This document shows, in pieces, positions 1 to 9,091 of a stretch of DNA of 64,000 nucleotides. Position numbers and translations under genes: made by a program. The stretch's first letter is position 1. Each line of letters begins with the position of its first letter. The stretch covers positions 10,672 through 74,671 of the forward strand of contig CANQQP010000001.1 of the NCBI GenBank assembly GCA_947626055.1, given 5' to 3'. The notes beneath the pieces were generated by a model, which saw nothing but the letters and a program-made list of their open reading frames with translations, was not told the origin of the DNA and ran no database searches. This DNA comes from an uncultured Bacilli bacterium. GTDB lineage: Bacteria; Bacillota_I; Bacilli_A; RF39; UBA660.

Positions 1-1
1 T

Positions 2-553
2 AATCTAAAAGCATATAATAATTACATAACTTATGGAACATATTGTAATGATACGTCCTTTGGAAGTGGAAGTGAAACAGGAACATTATATTACGGAGCA
101 TACGAAAGACTACAAAATGGTAGCCAAGTTGCTCCCCAACTAACGTGCCCGGATCCAACAACAAACTATAGTATATCGACACCAAGTGAAAGCAGTGAGC
201 ATACAGGGACAGGATATAGAACGTATGGAGGAGTATATAAATTAAAGATAGGATTACTAAGTGCCGATGAAATAGTGCTAGCGGGATTTAAGCCAACTAC
301 ACGTAGTCCATATGTAACGAAATCCAATTATCTATATTATACAGGTTCATCTGATGGTTACTTCTGGAGCTCGTCGCCTTTCTTTTCGGATACTAGTCTT
401 GCTTACGGCTTTTACGGCGGCCTGGGTTCTCGTAGTTTGTACAGCGACAGTGTCGATGATTTGAACGGCGCGCGGCCAGTTATCAATCTAAAGACTGAAG
501 GATTAAATGCTACTGGAGAAGGGACTAAAGAAAGTCCGTTTATTATAAAATAA
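2..553 (+). CDS. C-terminal fragment of a larger hypothetical (likely secreted or cell-surface) protein; its start lies upstream of the window
   Basis: Frame 2 has no stop codon from nt 2 to the TAA at 551-553. The product is rich in S/T/Y/G. It contains an unusually GC-rich patch at 350-500. The ORF track shows only its last 92 aa. Confidence 0.5.
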   Translation, partial: NLKAYNNYITYGTYCNDTSFGSGSETGTLYYGAYERLQNGSQVAPQLTCPDPTTNYSISTPSESSEHTGTGYRTYGGVYKLKIGLLSADEIVLAGFKPTTRSPYVTKSNYLYYTGSSDGYFWSSSPFFSDTSLAYGFYGGLGSRSLYSDSVDDLNGARPVINLKTEGLNATGEGTKESPFIIK

Positions 554-621
554 AACAATTAATTAGCTAGTAATTATACTAGTTTTTTTATACCATTTAT
601 TGGTTAAATGAGAAATAATAG

Positions 622-1635
622 ATGGGGTATACTAATTTTGGAAGTGATAGTATGCAAAAAAAGTTATCTAAATTGATATTTTTATGTATTTCTCTTTTAA
701 TCTTTCCTTTAGGAGTTTTAGGATATTCTGATTATATAATTCCTGGGGGAGAAAATGTAGGAATAGAGATAAATAGTAAAGGCATAATGGTTATTGGCTT
801 TTACAAAGTAAATGGTAAATTAAATAAGGGTACGCCTAATATTAAAGTTGGTGATGAAATTGTCAAAGTAGGTAATAAAATTGTTAGTACAACTGAAGAT
901 TTAATTGCCGCTATTGAAACAGAACGCAATGACCAAAAAGTCAAATTAACCGTTTTACGTGATGATAAAGAAAAAGAAATAAACTTAGATTTAATAGAAT
1001 CAGATGGAATTTTTAAAACAGGTTTATATGTTAAAGATAATATTACAGGAATTGGAACTTTAACATATATTGATCCTCAAACAAATATTTATGGAGCTTT
1101 GGGTCATCAAGTGGCTGAAAGTAATTCTAATACAACTATTGAGGTAAAAAGTGGGTTAATATTCCGTAGTTTAGTAACTAGTATCGATAAAAGTGCTAGT
1201 GGTAATCCTGGTGGTAAAAATGCTAAATTAGATTATAGTACGAAATATGGTAATATTTTACAAAATACCCAATATGGGATATTTGGAAATTATACGGCTG
1301 GGTTGCCTAAAAAGACTTTACTTAAAGTAGCCACACCCGAGGAAATTGAAATTGGTAAAGCCTATATTTATACGGTTTTAAATAATGAAGAAATAGAAAA
1401 ATTTGAAATAAAAATTAATAAAATTGATAAAGAAAATGAAATAAAAAATATTTATTTTGAGGTGACAGATGCAAACTTACTAGAAAAAACTGGTGGGGTA
1501 GTCCAAGGAATGAGCGGGTCGCCAATTGTCCAAAATAATAAAATAATCGGGGGAGTAACTCATGTTATAGTTTCTAATCCTACGACGGGAATGGGTATTT
1601 TCATTACGACTATGCTTAAAGAAGGAGAAAAATAA
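622..1635 (+). CDS. spoIVB: Stage IV sporulation protein B (SpoIVB, peptidase S55 with PDZ domain)
   Basis: N-terminal signal/TM segment, PDZ-like region and a C-terminal GMSGSPI catalytic serine motif typical of SpoIVB. An alternative start at 652 (MQKK) is possible. Confidence 0.8.
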   Translation: MGYTNFGSDSMQKKLSKLIFLCISLLIFPLGVLGYSDYIIPGGENVGIEINSKGIMVIGFYKVNGKLNKGTPNIKVGDEIVKVGNKIVSTTEDLIAAIETERNDQKVKLTVLRDDKEKEINLDLIESDGIFKTGLYVKDNITGIGTLTYIDPQTNIYGALGHQVAESNSNTTIEVKSGLIFRSLVTSIDKSASGNPGGKNAKLDYSTKYGNILQNTQYGIFGNYTAGLPKKTLLKVATPEEIEIGKAYIYTVLNNEEIEKFEIKINKIDKENEIKNIYFEVTDANLLEKTGGVVQGMSGSPIVQNNKIIGGVTHVIVSNPTTGMGIFITTMLKEGEK

Positions 1636-1660
1636 AAAAGCCAAGTAATCTGGCTTTTTA
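1634..1660. terminator. Bidirectional intrinsic terminator between the convergent spoIVB and phosphohexomutase genes
   Basis: Stem agcca/tggct with a 7-nt loop, flanked by an A-run upstream and a T-run downstream. Confidence 0.5.
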
Positions 1661-3037
1661 AATTTGCTGATTTTTATTGATTAAATATTTTTGTAAAATA
1701 CTCATAAAGTGATTATTAATTGCATTTTGATCTTCTTTCGTATCCGCTTCGATTCGATAAGTTAGGCAAGGGGTAGTGTTACTAGCCCGAAGTAGGACCC
1801 AACCATGCTCATAGAAAGCTTTGATTCCATCTATTTCTAATAATTTATAATTTAATTTTTCATACTCAATTTTTACTTCATTAACAATTGAAAATTTTTC
1901 TTTTTCATCTACTTTAATTTTAATTTCAGGAGTAATTAAATACTTGGGAACATCTTCAAACATATCGCTTAAATTAAGAGTAGCTTTACTTAATATTTCT
2001 ATGATTCTTAAACCGTTATAGATTCCGGAATCAAATCCGGGCCATCTGTCTTTAAAAAATAAATGCCCAGAATATTCACCCCCAAACGGTAAATTATCAC
2101 TATTTACTTTAGACCTGGTGTAAGAAGCACCGGTTCGGCAAACAACGGGGTTGCCGTTTAATTTAACAATTTCTTCTTCTAATGCTTTTGAACATTTAAC
2201 ATCATATAAAAATGTTTTATTGGTGACATTGTTAATAATATCGCGAATTATTAAAATCATTAGATATTCAGTAGAGACAATTTCCCCTAAATTGTTGACT
2301 ATTCCTAAACGATCCCCATCGCCATCAAAGGCTACACCAAGATCAGCTTTAACTTCTTTGACTTTTTCTTGTAACATAACTAAATTTTCTGCCACGTTAG
2401 GGTCGGGATGATGGTTAGGAAAATTAGGATCACTAACATCATTAATCATGATAATATCTAAATTTGGAAATAAAGAATAAATATCTTTGGCAAATAAAGA
2501 TGTGGTGCCATTACCTGGGTCAATTACTACTTTTAAAGGGCGGTTGCCCATTTTAATATTATCTTTAATTAACGAAATATAATAGGGTAGAATATTAAAA
2601 TCTCTTACTGTTCCTTGACCTTGTAAAAAATTTCCTTTTAAAGTAAAATCGCGAAAGTCATAAATTTGTTTACCGCGAGCCATTCCCAAATTATCAAAAG
2701 TAAATTTGAAGCCATTATATTCTTTAGGATTGTGACTGGCTGTAACCATTAGGCCAAAAATAATATTAGTTTTAAGACATGCATAAGCAAACATTGGTGT
2801 CGTACAAAGGCCTAAATTAACTACGTCAACACCGCTATCAACTAAACCTTTAATTAAATTTTTACTAAGAGAAGGACTAGACAAACGATTATCTCGACCT
2901 ACTACACAGACATTTTGATTAAAATTTTGTTTGATATAACTCCCATAACTTTGACCAATAATATAAGCATCGTTATCCGTTAAATCTTCGTTATAAATTC
3001 CTCTTATGTCATATTCTCTAAATATTTCTTTATTCAT
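1658..3037 (-). CDS. Alpha-D-phosphohexomutase (phosphoglucomutase/phosphomannomutase family)
   Basis: 459 aa. Contains the TASHNP phosphoserine active-site motif and GDGDRL metal-binding loop characteristic of the PGM/PMM family. Confidence 0.8.
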   Translation of the reverse strand: MNKEIFREYDIRGIYNEDLTDNDAYIIGQSYGSYIKQNFNQNVCVVGRDNRLSSPSLSKNLIKGLVDSGVDVVNLGLCTTPMFAYACLKTNIIFGLMVTASHNPKEYNGFKFTFDNLGMARGKQIYDFRDFTLKGNFLQGQGTVRDFNILPYYISLIKDNIKMGNRPLKVVIDPGNGTTSLFAKDIYSLFPNLDIIMINDVSDPNFPNHHPDPNVAENLVMLQEKVKEVKADLGVAFDGDGDRLGIVNNLGEIVSTEYLMILIIRDIINNVTNKTFLYDVKCSKALEEEIVKLNGNPVVCRTGASYTRSKVNSDNLPFGGEYSGHLFFKDRWPGFDSGIYNGLRIIEILSKATLNLSDMFEDVPKYLITPEIKIKVDEKEKFSIVNEVKIEYEKLNYKLLEIDGIKAFYEHGWVLLRASNTTPCLTYRIEADTKEDQNAINNHFMSILQKYLINKNQQI

Positions 3038-3192
3038 GTATTTTCACCATTTTAAATATACCATTTTTTTAGAATCTAATCTATTGTTTTAACTATGTTT
3101 ACGATGATATGGCAAAATTAGACACTTTTCCCAAGCAGGTATTTTTGCAAATTTTAAAAAAAGGTCGTATAATTATCTTGAGCGTGATACTT

Positions 3193-4353
3193 ATGATTAA
3201 AAAAATTCTTATTCCTTATGCCACTTATGGCAATGGACATAAAGTAGTAGCTAACTATATAAAAGAGAGATTTGAAAAGAAAAATCCGGATATTGAAATC
3301 GAGACTTTAGATATCCTAGATTATGCGACGCCTTTTATGAGAAAAGTAAGCAAAGGTTTATTTGAAAAAACCATGTTTGCTAAAAATCCTATTATATGGG
3401 AGTTAATTTATCGTTTTTATAATCATAAATTTCGTTCTTTAGGCATGCGTAAGCTATGTTATCATTTATTTGATAATGCCAAAATGCGAGCTAAAATGGA
3501 AGAATACAATCCGGATATTATTATATCCACGCATTTTTTTGCTAGTATTTTAGCCTCTAAATATCTCAAAAATAATCTTATTCAAAGTAAAATTTATACG
3601 GTCATAACTGATTATGAGGTTCATGCAGTTTGGACTAAGTCTTTTAAATATGAGGAAGCAATTATTGTTAGCAATAAAGAAATGAGTAAAGAACTAATTG
3701 ATAAAGGCGTTCCTAAAAATAAAATTAAAGTTTTTGGTATTCCTTTATCTGATGCTTTTTGTGCGGAATTAGATGTTAAAACTTGTAAAAAGAAATTGAA
3801 ATTAGATAATGGAAGATTAACAATTTTATTTTTTGGGGGTGGCAATAATTCGAGTGTATCTTTTCCTTTCTTAGAGCATTTAATTCGCGAGAAATATGAT
3901 TTCAATATAATTTTTATTGCCGGTAAAAATAATGATCTTAAAAAGCAAGTTAATGACCTTGTAAAAAAAGAAGGTACTAAAAATATTCAGGTATTGGGTT
4001 TTGTTGATGGCGTTAAAGAATATATGACAGCTAGTGACTTAGTAATAACAAAACCTGGTGGTCTTACTGTTACCGAATGTTTATTTTTAAAAAAACCAAT
4101 GCTTTTAATTAATAAAAGTGCGGGACAAGAAAAAGCTAATTATAAGTATTTAGTAAAAAATAAATTTGCTTTAAAAGCTAGTAATCTTAAGGAATTCGGG
4201 ACTTATTTAACCAAAATTGCTAAAAATCCGCAAATTTTAAAAAAGATGAGCGATAATATGGATCAGGATAAAAAGAAGACGGCTATTGATGAGTTATATA
4301 GTTTGGTAATGAAAGAGCATAAATTTAAAGTTATAAATAAGAGGAAAGTTTGA
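3193..4353 (+). CDS. Monogalactosyl/diglucosyl-diacylglycerol synthase (UgtP-like GT28 glycosyltransferase)
   Basis: An N-terminus of the form MIKKILI..ATYGNGH aligns with the UgtP/MGDG synthase start. A C-terminal GT28 region (ITKPGGLT.TE) is present. The ORF is open from 3109 but the likely start is 3193. Confidence 0.75.
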   Translation: MIKKILIPYATYGNGHKVVANYIKERFEKKNPDIEIETLDILDYATPFMRKVSKGLFEKTMFAKNPIIWELIYRFYNHKFRSLGMRKLCYHLFDNAKMRAKMEEYNPDIIISTHFFASILASKYLKNNLIQSKIYTVITDYEVHAVWTKSFKYEEAIIVSNKEMSKELIDKGVPKNKIKVFGIPLSDAFCAELDVKTCKKKLKLDNGRLTILFFGGGNNSSVSFPFLEHLIREKYDFNIIFIAGKNNDLKKQVNDLVKKEGTKNIQVLGFVDGVKEYMTASDLVITKPGGLTVTECLFLKKPMLLINKSAGQEKANYKYLVKNKFALKASNLKEFGTYLTKIAKNPQILKKMSDNMDQDKKKTAIDELYSLVMKEHKFKVINKRKV

Positions 4354-4378
4354 CAATTTGGTCTTAAAATAATATAAT
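4350..4378 (+). promoter_or_regulatory. Consensus sigma-A promoter (TTGACA-17-TATAAT) driving the T-box leader and fic-ileS
   Basis: TTGACA at 4350-4355, a 17-nt spacer, TATAAT at 4373-4378. It overlaps the stop codon of the upstream glycosyltransferase gene. Confidence 0.5.
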
Positions 4379-4384
4379 AAAAAT

Positions 4385-4609
4385 CGTTAAAAGCAATTGA
4401 CAAAGACGTTAATATATTTAGTTTAAAGAGAACTGATGGGTGGTGCAAATCAGTAAACAAAATATATTAAAGATCACTTTGGATGCGTTATATTGAAAAA
4501 AGTAAATATAAACGGGTTACTTACGTTACAAGTATTAAGTGTATGATTAAAATCATAAATTAAGGTGGTACCACGGGTATAACTCGTCCTTTAGTTTATG
4601 ATTTTTTTT
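4385..4609 (+). promoter_or_regulatory. T-box riboswitch leader, putative Ile specifier (AUC at 4473-4475)
   Basis: Stem-I distal-loop-like AGAGA..CTGATGGGTGGTGCAAATCAG. T-box motif aattaAGGTGGTACCacgg at 4558-4577. This forms an antiterminator of helix A1 aagg/cctt, a UGGUACC bulge and helix A2 acggg/ctcgt. An extended lower helix atcataaattaagg/cctttagtttatgat followed by T9 (4548-4612) acts as the terminator. Confidence 0.6.
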
Positions 4610-4623
4610 TAAGGAGGTAGATA

Positions 4624-5256
4624 ATGAATAATTTAGTTGATGAAAATATGTCAATTTCCGAAATTAGGAATATTGTTAGTCATAGAATATATGAATTGAT
4701 TAACAATAATGCAGCCGTTTCTTTTAATATTGATCAGTTAAGAAAAATTCATTACTATCTATTTCATGGTTTATATCAAAACGCTGGTGAATTACGGAAA
4801 GATAACTTATTTAAGAAAGAAAAAATTATTGATGATGAAACAGTTTTATATGTTAACTATCAAGATATCGAAAATTATTTAAAGTATGATTTAGAAACGG
4901 AAAAAAAATATAATTACCAGGGTAAGACTACAGAAGAAATTTTAAAACACTTCGCTAAATTTACTGCTAATATTTGGCAGGCTCATCCTTTTTTGGATGG
5001 CAATACGCGAACAGTTGCTGTATTTATGATGATTTATTTTAAACAACTCGGTTTTCAACCGGATAATGAAGTTTTAAAAAATAATTTTAGCTATTTTCGA
5101 AATGCTTTAGTTTTAAGTAATTGCTTAGGAGAAAATATGCTCCCGCCTTATCAATATTTAATTAAATTTTATGAAAATGTCTTATTTTCCCAAAATAATG
5201 AATTAGATATAAAAGAAATGTTTGAATTTAATGAAAATGAAAGAAGGAAAAGATAA
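4624..5256 (+). CDS. Fic/Doc family protein (variant Fic motif HPFLDGNTRT)
   Basis: 210 aa with the Fic core motif HPFxDGN(T)R. Strong RBS AAGGAGG upstream. The stop overlaps the ileS start (TAATG). Confidence 0.75.
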   Translation: MNNLVDENMSISEIRNIVSHRIYELINNNAAVSFNIDQLRKIHYYLFHGLYQNAGELRKDNLFKKEKIIDDETVLYVNYQDIENYLKYDLETEKKYNYQGKTTEEILKHFAKFTANIWQAHPFLDGNTRTVAVFMMIYFKQLGFQPDNEVLKNNFSYFRNALVLSNCLGENMLPPYQYLIKFYENVLFSQNNELDIKEMFEFNENERRKR

Positions 5257-8200
5257 TGAAAAATTTTAAAGAATTAGATAAAAGACCTGTTAGTGAGGTA
5301 GAAGAAAGTATTTTAGCTTCTTGGCAAAGCGTAAATGCTATGCACGATGAACAAGTGAAAATCCATGAAAATGATAAAACGTTTGTCTTTTATGATGGAC
5401 CAGCTTTTGCTAATGGTTTTCCGGGATTACATCACATGGTATCTAAAAATTTAAAAGATACAATTACGAAATACCATGTTATGAATGGTCATAAAGTAAT
5501 CCGTAAAATAGGTTGGGATACCCATGGTTTGCCTATTGAAAATCATGTCGAGAAAAAATTAGGTATTTCTTCTAAAAAGGAAATTGAAGCTTTGGGAGTC
5601 GATAAATTTAATGAGGAATGTCGTAAATCAGTTCGCGAAAACGAAAGTGCTTTTTCCGATTTAACGAGTAAAATGGGTCAATTTTTTGATATAGAGCATC
5701 CTTACTTAACCTATAAAAATGAATATATTGAAACCGAGTGGTGGATTTTAAAAGAAATGTTTCAAAAAGGAATGTTTTATGAAGGAACACGTGTTGTCCC
5801 TTATTGTCCGCATTGTGGAACGGGTCTGGCCACCCATGAAGTAGCCCAAAATTATCAAACAGATACTGCTATAACAGTTTATGTACCATTTAAGAAAAAA
5901 AATGAAGATGTTTATTTCTTAGTCTGGACTACAACACCATGGACTTTGATTGCTAATGTGGCTTTATGTGTTAATCCTGGTGAAGAATACGCTTTGGTGG
6001 AATCAAAAGATACTAAATTTATTTTAGCTGCCAAGCTTGTTAATAAAGTATTAGGTGATGAAGCTAAAATAATCGAAACTTTTAAAGGAAAAGATTTAGA
6101 ATATCAAGAATATGAGCAATTAATTCCTTCTTTTGAAGTTGATAAAAAAGCCTTTTATGTAACTTGTGATAATTATGTTACGATGGAAGATGGAACCGGT
6201 ATAGTTCATATTGCTCCGGCTTTTGGTGAAGATGATGCTAATGTAGGAACAGCTTATGATTTACCATACTTAAATCCGGTTGGTAAAGATGGTTGTTATG
6301 TAGGTGGTTTATGGGACAAGAAATTTGTTCATGATGTCAATGAAGAAATAGTTACTTATTTGAAAGAAAATGGCAAATTATTTAAACGCCAAAAAGTAGC
6401 TCATGAATATCCTCATTGCTGGCGTTGTGACACTCCATTAATTTATTATTCCATGCCTAGTTACTATATTAAAGTCTCAGAAATGCGTGATGATTTAGTC
6501 AAAGCAAATTCCCAAGTAAATTGGTATCCGGCTTATGTTGGAGAAAAACGCTTTGCTAATTGGCTTGCTAACGCGCGAGATTGGAATGTTTCTCGTAGTC
6601 GTTATTGGGGTAGTCCTATCCCTTATTGGAAGTGTGAATGTGGCCATGCTGAAATGATTGGATCAATGGCCGAATTAAAAGAAAAAGCAATAGAACCAAT
6701 TGGTGATGATTTTGATTTACATAAACCATATATTGATAATGTTCATCTTAAATGTGCCAAATGTGGAAAGGAAATGACTCGTATACCGGATGTATTAGAT
6801 TGTTGGTTTGATTCTGGTTCTATGCCTTTTGCTCAATATCATTATCCTTTTGAAAATAAAGAATTATGGGAAAGCCAATTTCCAGCTGACTTTATCTGTG
6901 AAGGTATTGATCAAACAAGAGGTTGGTTTTACACTTTAATGGTTATTTCCACCTTTTTAAAAGGCTGTTCACCATTTAAAAACGTCTTAGTAAATGATTT
7001 ACTTTTAGATAGTGAAGGCAAGAAAATGAGTAAATCTCGCGGCAATATCGTCGAACCATTTACAACTATCAAAGAATATGGTGCTGATACCGTAAGATTT
7101 TATCTTCCTTATGTTTCACCTGTATGGACGCCTTTAAAATTTGATATTTCCGGCTTAAAAGAAGTTTATTCGAAATTCTTTAACCCTTTAAAAAATTCTT
7201 ATAGTTTCTTTGCAACATATGCTAATATTGATAAAATAGATACCGACAAATGCCAAGTGGCTTATGAAAAAAGAGAAGAAATAGATAAATGGCTTTTATC
7301 AAAATATAATCAACTTGTAAAAGATGTTCGTACTTCTTTTGCTGAATATGATCTAAATAAAATGGTGCACTATTTAGCGGACTTTGTTTCCGAAGATTTA
7401 TCTAACTGGTATATTAGACGTAATCGTAATCGTTTTTGGGGTAATGAACTTAATGAAAATAAAAAGAGTGTATATATTACGACTTATGAAGTATTAGTTG
7501 GTTTAGCCAAATTAATTGCCCCAATAACACCTTTCATATCAGAAGAATTGTATCGTAATTTAACGAATGAAAAATCAGTGCATTTAAGTGATTATCCAAC
7601 CGTTAATGAAAAATTAATCAATAAAGAAATTGAAGAAAAAATGGATTTAGTTCGTAATTTAATTAGTATAGGTCGTATGGCTAGAGAAGAAGCTAAGATA
7701 AAAGTACGTCAACCAATTAGTGAAGTTATTATTGATGGTAAAAATGAAACAATTTTACAAGATTTAGTTAATTTAATCGAAGAAGAGTTAAATGTTAAAA
7801 AGGTTGTTTTTGAAAAAGATCTTTCTAAATATATGAATTTTTCAATCAAACCGAATTTTAAAGTTGCGGGGCCTATATTTGGTGGCAATATTAAAGAGTT
7901 TGCAACTATTTTAAATAATTATAGTGAAGATGATATTAAGGATTTACAAAATGGTAAGACACCTACAATAGAAATTAATGGGGAAAAGTTTACTATTTCT
8001 TTGGATATGGTAGATGTTCGAATTAACTCCAAAGAGGGATTTGATGTTGGTATGGAAAATAATAACTTTATTATTTTAAATACTAATTTAACTAAAGATT
8101 TAATTGAAGAGGGAATTGCGCGTGAATTTATTTCCAAAGTTCAAAATTTACGTAAATTAAATGGCTTAGAAATTGAAAATCGTATCGAGTTAGAATTTAA

Positions 8201-8357
8201 TGCTCAAGATAATATCAAAGAAGCGCTTTTAAACAATGAAGAATATATAAAAGGAGAGACTTTAGCGACGATTTTTAGATATATTCCTAATGATTGCTCA
8301 GAAAAAATTGATATTAATGGCAATGCTGCTAGTATAAATCTAAAAAAGGTTGCTTAA
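5256..8357 (+). CDS. ileS: Isoleucyl-tRNA synthetase
   Basis: 1033 aa. Contains a HMG-type HIGH motif region, KMSKS, an editing domain and a C-terminal zinc-binding CxxC pair. It is the type with a short C-terminus. Confidence 0.95.
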   Translation: MKNFKELDKRPVSEVEESILASWQSVNAMHDEQVKIHENDKTFVFYDGPAFANGFPGLHHMVSKNLKDTITKYHVMNGHKVIRKIGWDTHGLPIENHVEKKLGISSKKEIEALGVDKFNEECRKSVRENESAFSDLTSKMGQFFDIEHPYLTYKNEYIETEWWILKEMFQKGMFYEGTRVVPYCPHCGTGLATHEVAQNYQTDTAITVYVPFKKKNEDVYFLVWTTTPWTLIANVALCVNPGEEYALVESKDTKFILAAKLVNKVLGDEAKIIETFKGKDLEYQEYEQLIPSFEVDKKAFYVTCDNYVTMEDGTGIVHIAPAFGEDDANVGTAYDLPYLNPVGKDGCYVGGLWDKKFVHDVNEEIVTYLKENGKLFKRQKVAHEYPHCWRCDTPLIYYSMPSYYIKVSEMRDDLVKANSQVNWYPAYVGEKRFANWLANARDWNVSRSRYWGSPIPYWKCECGHAEMIGSMAELKEKAIEPIGDDFDLHKPYIDNVHLKCAKCGKEMTRIPDVLDCWFDSGSMPFAQYHYPFENKELWESQFPADFICEGIDQTRGWFYTLMVISTFLKGCSPFKNVLVNDLLLDSEGKKMSKSRGNIVEPFTTIKEYGADTVRFYLPYVSPVWTPLKFDISGLKEVYSKFFNPLKNSYSFFATYANIDKIDTDKCQVAYEKREEIDKWLLSKYNQLVKDVRTSFAEYDLNKMVHYLADFVSEDLSNWYIRRNRNRFWGNELNENKKSVYITTYEVLVGLAKLIAPITPFISEELYRNLTNEKSVHLSDYPTVNEKLINKEIEEKMDLVRNLISIGRMAREEAKIKVRQPISEVIIDGKNETILQDLVNLIEEELNVKKVVFEKDLSKYMNFSIKPNFKVAGPIFGGNIKEFATILNNYSEDDIKDLQNGKTPTIEINGEKFTISLDMVDVRINSKEGFDVGMENNNFIILNTNLTKDLIEEGIAREFISKVQNLRKLNGLEIENRIELEFNAQDNIKEALLNNEEYIKGETLATIFRYIPNDCSEKIDINGNAASINLKKVA

Positions 8358-8365
8358 AATAAAAC

Positions 8366-8842
8366 ATGACTAAAGTAATTCACCCTTTAAAACCTATTTA
8401 TGATGAGAACTCAAAAATATTAATTTTGGGTTCTTTTCCTTCTGTTTATTCACGTGAAAAATGCTTTTACTATGCCCATCCGCAAAATCGCTTTTGGCTG
8501 GTTTTAGAAAATATTTTTAATGAAAAAATAACGGATAAAGAAAGTTTTTTACTTAAACATCATTTAGCCTTATGGGATGTTATCGCTTCATGTGAAATTA
8601 AGGGTTCTGCTGATGCTAGTATTAAAAATGTCAAAGTTAACGATATAGGGAGTTTAATAGAAAAGACAAACATTCAAAAAATTTTAATAAATGGGCAAAA
8701 AGCTTATAATTTATACTGTAAATATTTTCAAAATACAATTCCCATTAAAGTTGTAAGTTTACCTTCAACCTCGCCAGCCAATGCCACTTATAAATTAGAT
8801 GATTTAATTAAGATATATAACGATAATATTATTGACAATTAG
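8366..8842 (+). CDS. Uracil-DNA glycosylase superfamily protein (Mug/TDG-like mismatch-specific glycosylase)
   Basis: 158 aa. YAHPQNRFW resembles the Mug FAHPANRFW motif. The N-terminal ILILGSFPS lies in place of the GINPG motif. Confidence 0.65.
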   Translation: MTKVIHPLKPIYDENSKILILGSFPSVYSREKCFYYAHPQNRFWLVLENIFNEKITDKESFLLKHHLALWDVIASCEIKGSADASIKNVKVNDIGSLIEKTNIQKILINGQKAYNLYCKYFQNTIPIKVVSLPSTSPANATYKLDDLIKIYNDNIIDN

Positions 8843-8893
8843 TAAAAATGATGCTAGGATAAAGATGTATTAAATGAAACAACTTTCATATAA
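8832..8893 (+). promoter_or_regulatory. Putative promoter region for the toxI-like repeat RNA
   Basis: TTGACA at 8832-8837, a 17-nt spacer and an extended -10 TGcTAGGAT. A second TATAAT hexamer lies at 8888-8893, immediately before the first repeat. Confidence 0.35.
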
Positions 8894-8897
8894 TACT

Positions 8898-9004
8898 AAA
8901 AAAGTCGGAATACCCTTGCCAAAGTAGGGAATAAAAAAAGTGGAATACCCTTGCCAAAGTAGGGAGCTAAAAAAGTGGAATACCCTTGCCAAAGTAGGGA
9001 AATT
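8898..9004 (+). ncRNA. ToxI/antiQ-like type III antitoxin RNA: about 3.3 tandem 35-nt direct repeats
   Basis: Three contiguous 35-nt repeats (aaaaaagtNggaatacccttgccaaagtagggaNNN). The period is 35, measured from ggaa at 8907, 8942 and 8977. A partial fourth unit follows. The arrangement is promoter, repeats, terminator, toxN, as in AbiQ/antiQ. Confidence 0.75.
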
Positions 9005-9013
9005 AAAAAAGAT

Positions 9014-9047
9014 ACTAGAGTTTAGGCTTTACTCTAGTTTTAATTTC
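9014..9047 (+). terminator. Intrinsic terminator between the repeat RNA and the toxin gene (attenuator typical of type III TA loci)
   Basis: 7-bp stem actagag/ctctagt with an 11-nt loop, followed by TTTTAATTT. Confidence 0.6.
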
Positions 9048-9091
9048 AAAACATTAGCGAACAATATTTCGCAAAGAAAGAAGGCAACAAA

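Noticed and set aside
2151-2411. Antisense or embedded ORFs from the six-frame track (2151-2411, 3621-3905, 4263-4460, 5608-5790, 7919-8137, 10298-10504, 11678-11872, 14305-14514, 14981-15181, 16262-16522, 17878-18312, 18317-18526, 19970-20416, 22322-22528, 28394-28609, 32397-32651, 33694-33924, 35908-36222, 37038-37292, 42455-42637, 46373-46588, 48875-49161, 52419-52676, 53681-54306, 55473-55932, 56829-57175)
   Set aside because: Each lies inside or antisense to a well-supported conserved gene. They have low-complexity products and no RBS. They are typical spurious ORFs of AT-rich DNA.
4397-4402. Second TTGACA hexamer inside the T-box leader as an alternative promoter
   Set aside because: No acceptable -10 element lies 16-18 nt downstream. 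The upstream TTGACA-17-TATAAT at 4350-4378 is a far better fit.
4624-5256. Fic gene as the toxin of a Phd/Doc-type TA pair
   Set aside because: No small upstream antitoxin ORF exists. The upstream 235 nt is a T-box leader, and the gene is translationally coupled to ileS.
8898-9004. Three 35-nt direct repeats that could be taken for a small CRISPR array
   Set aside because: The repeats are contiguous with no spacers and no cas genes nearby. They are followed by a terminator and a ToxN/AbiQ gene, which is the ToxI-type antitoxin RNA architecture.
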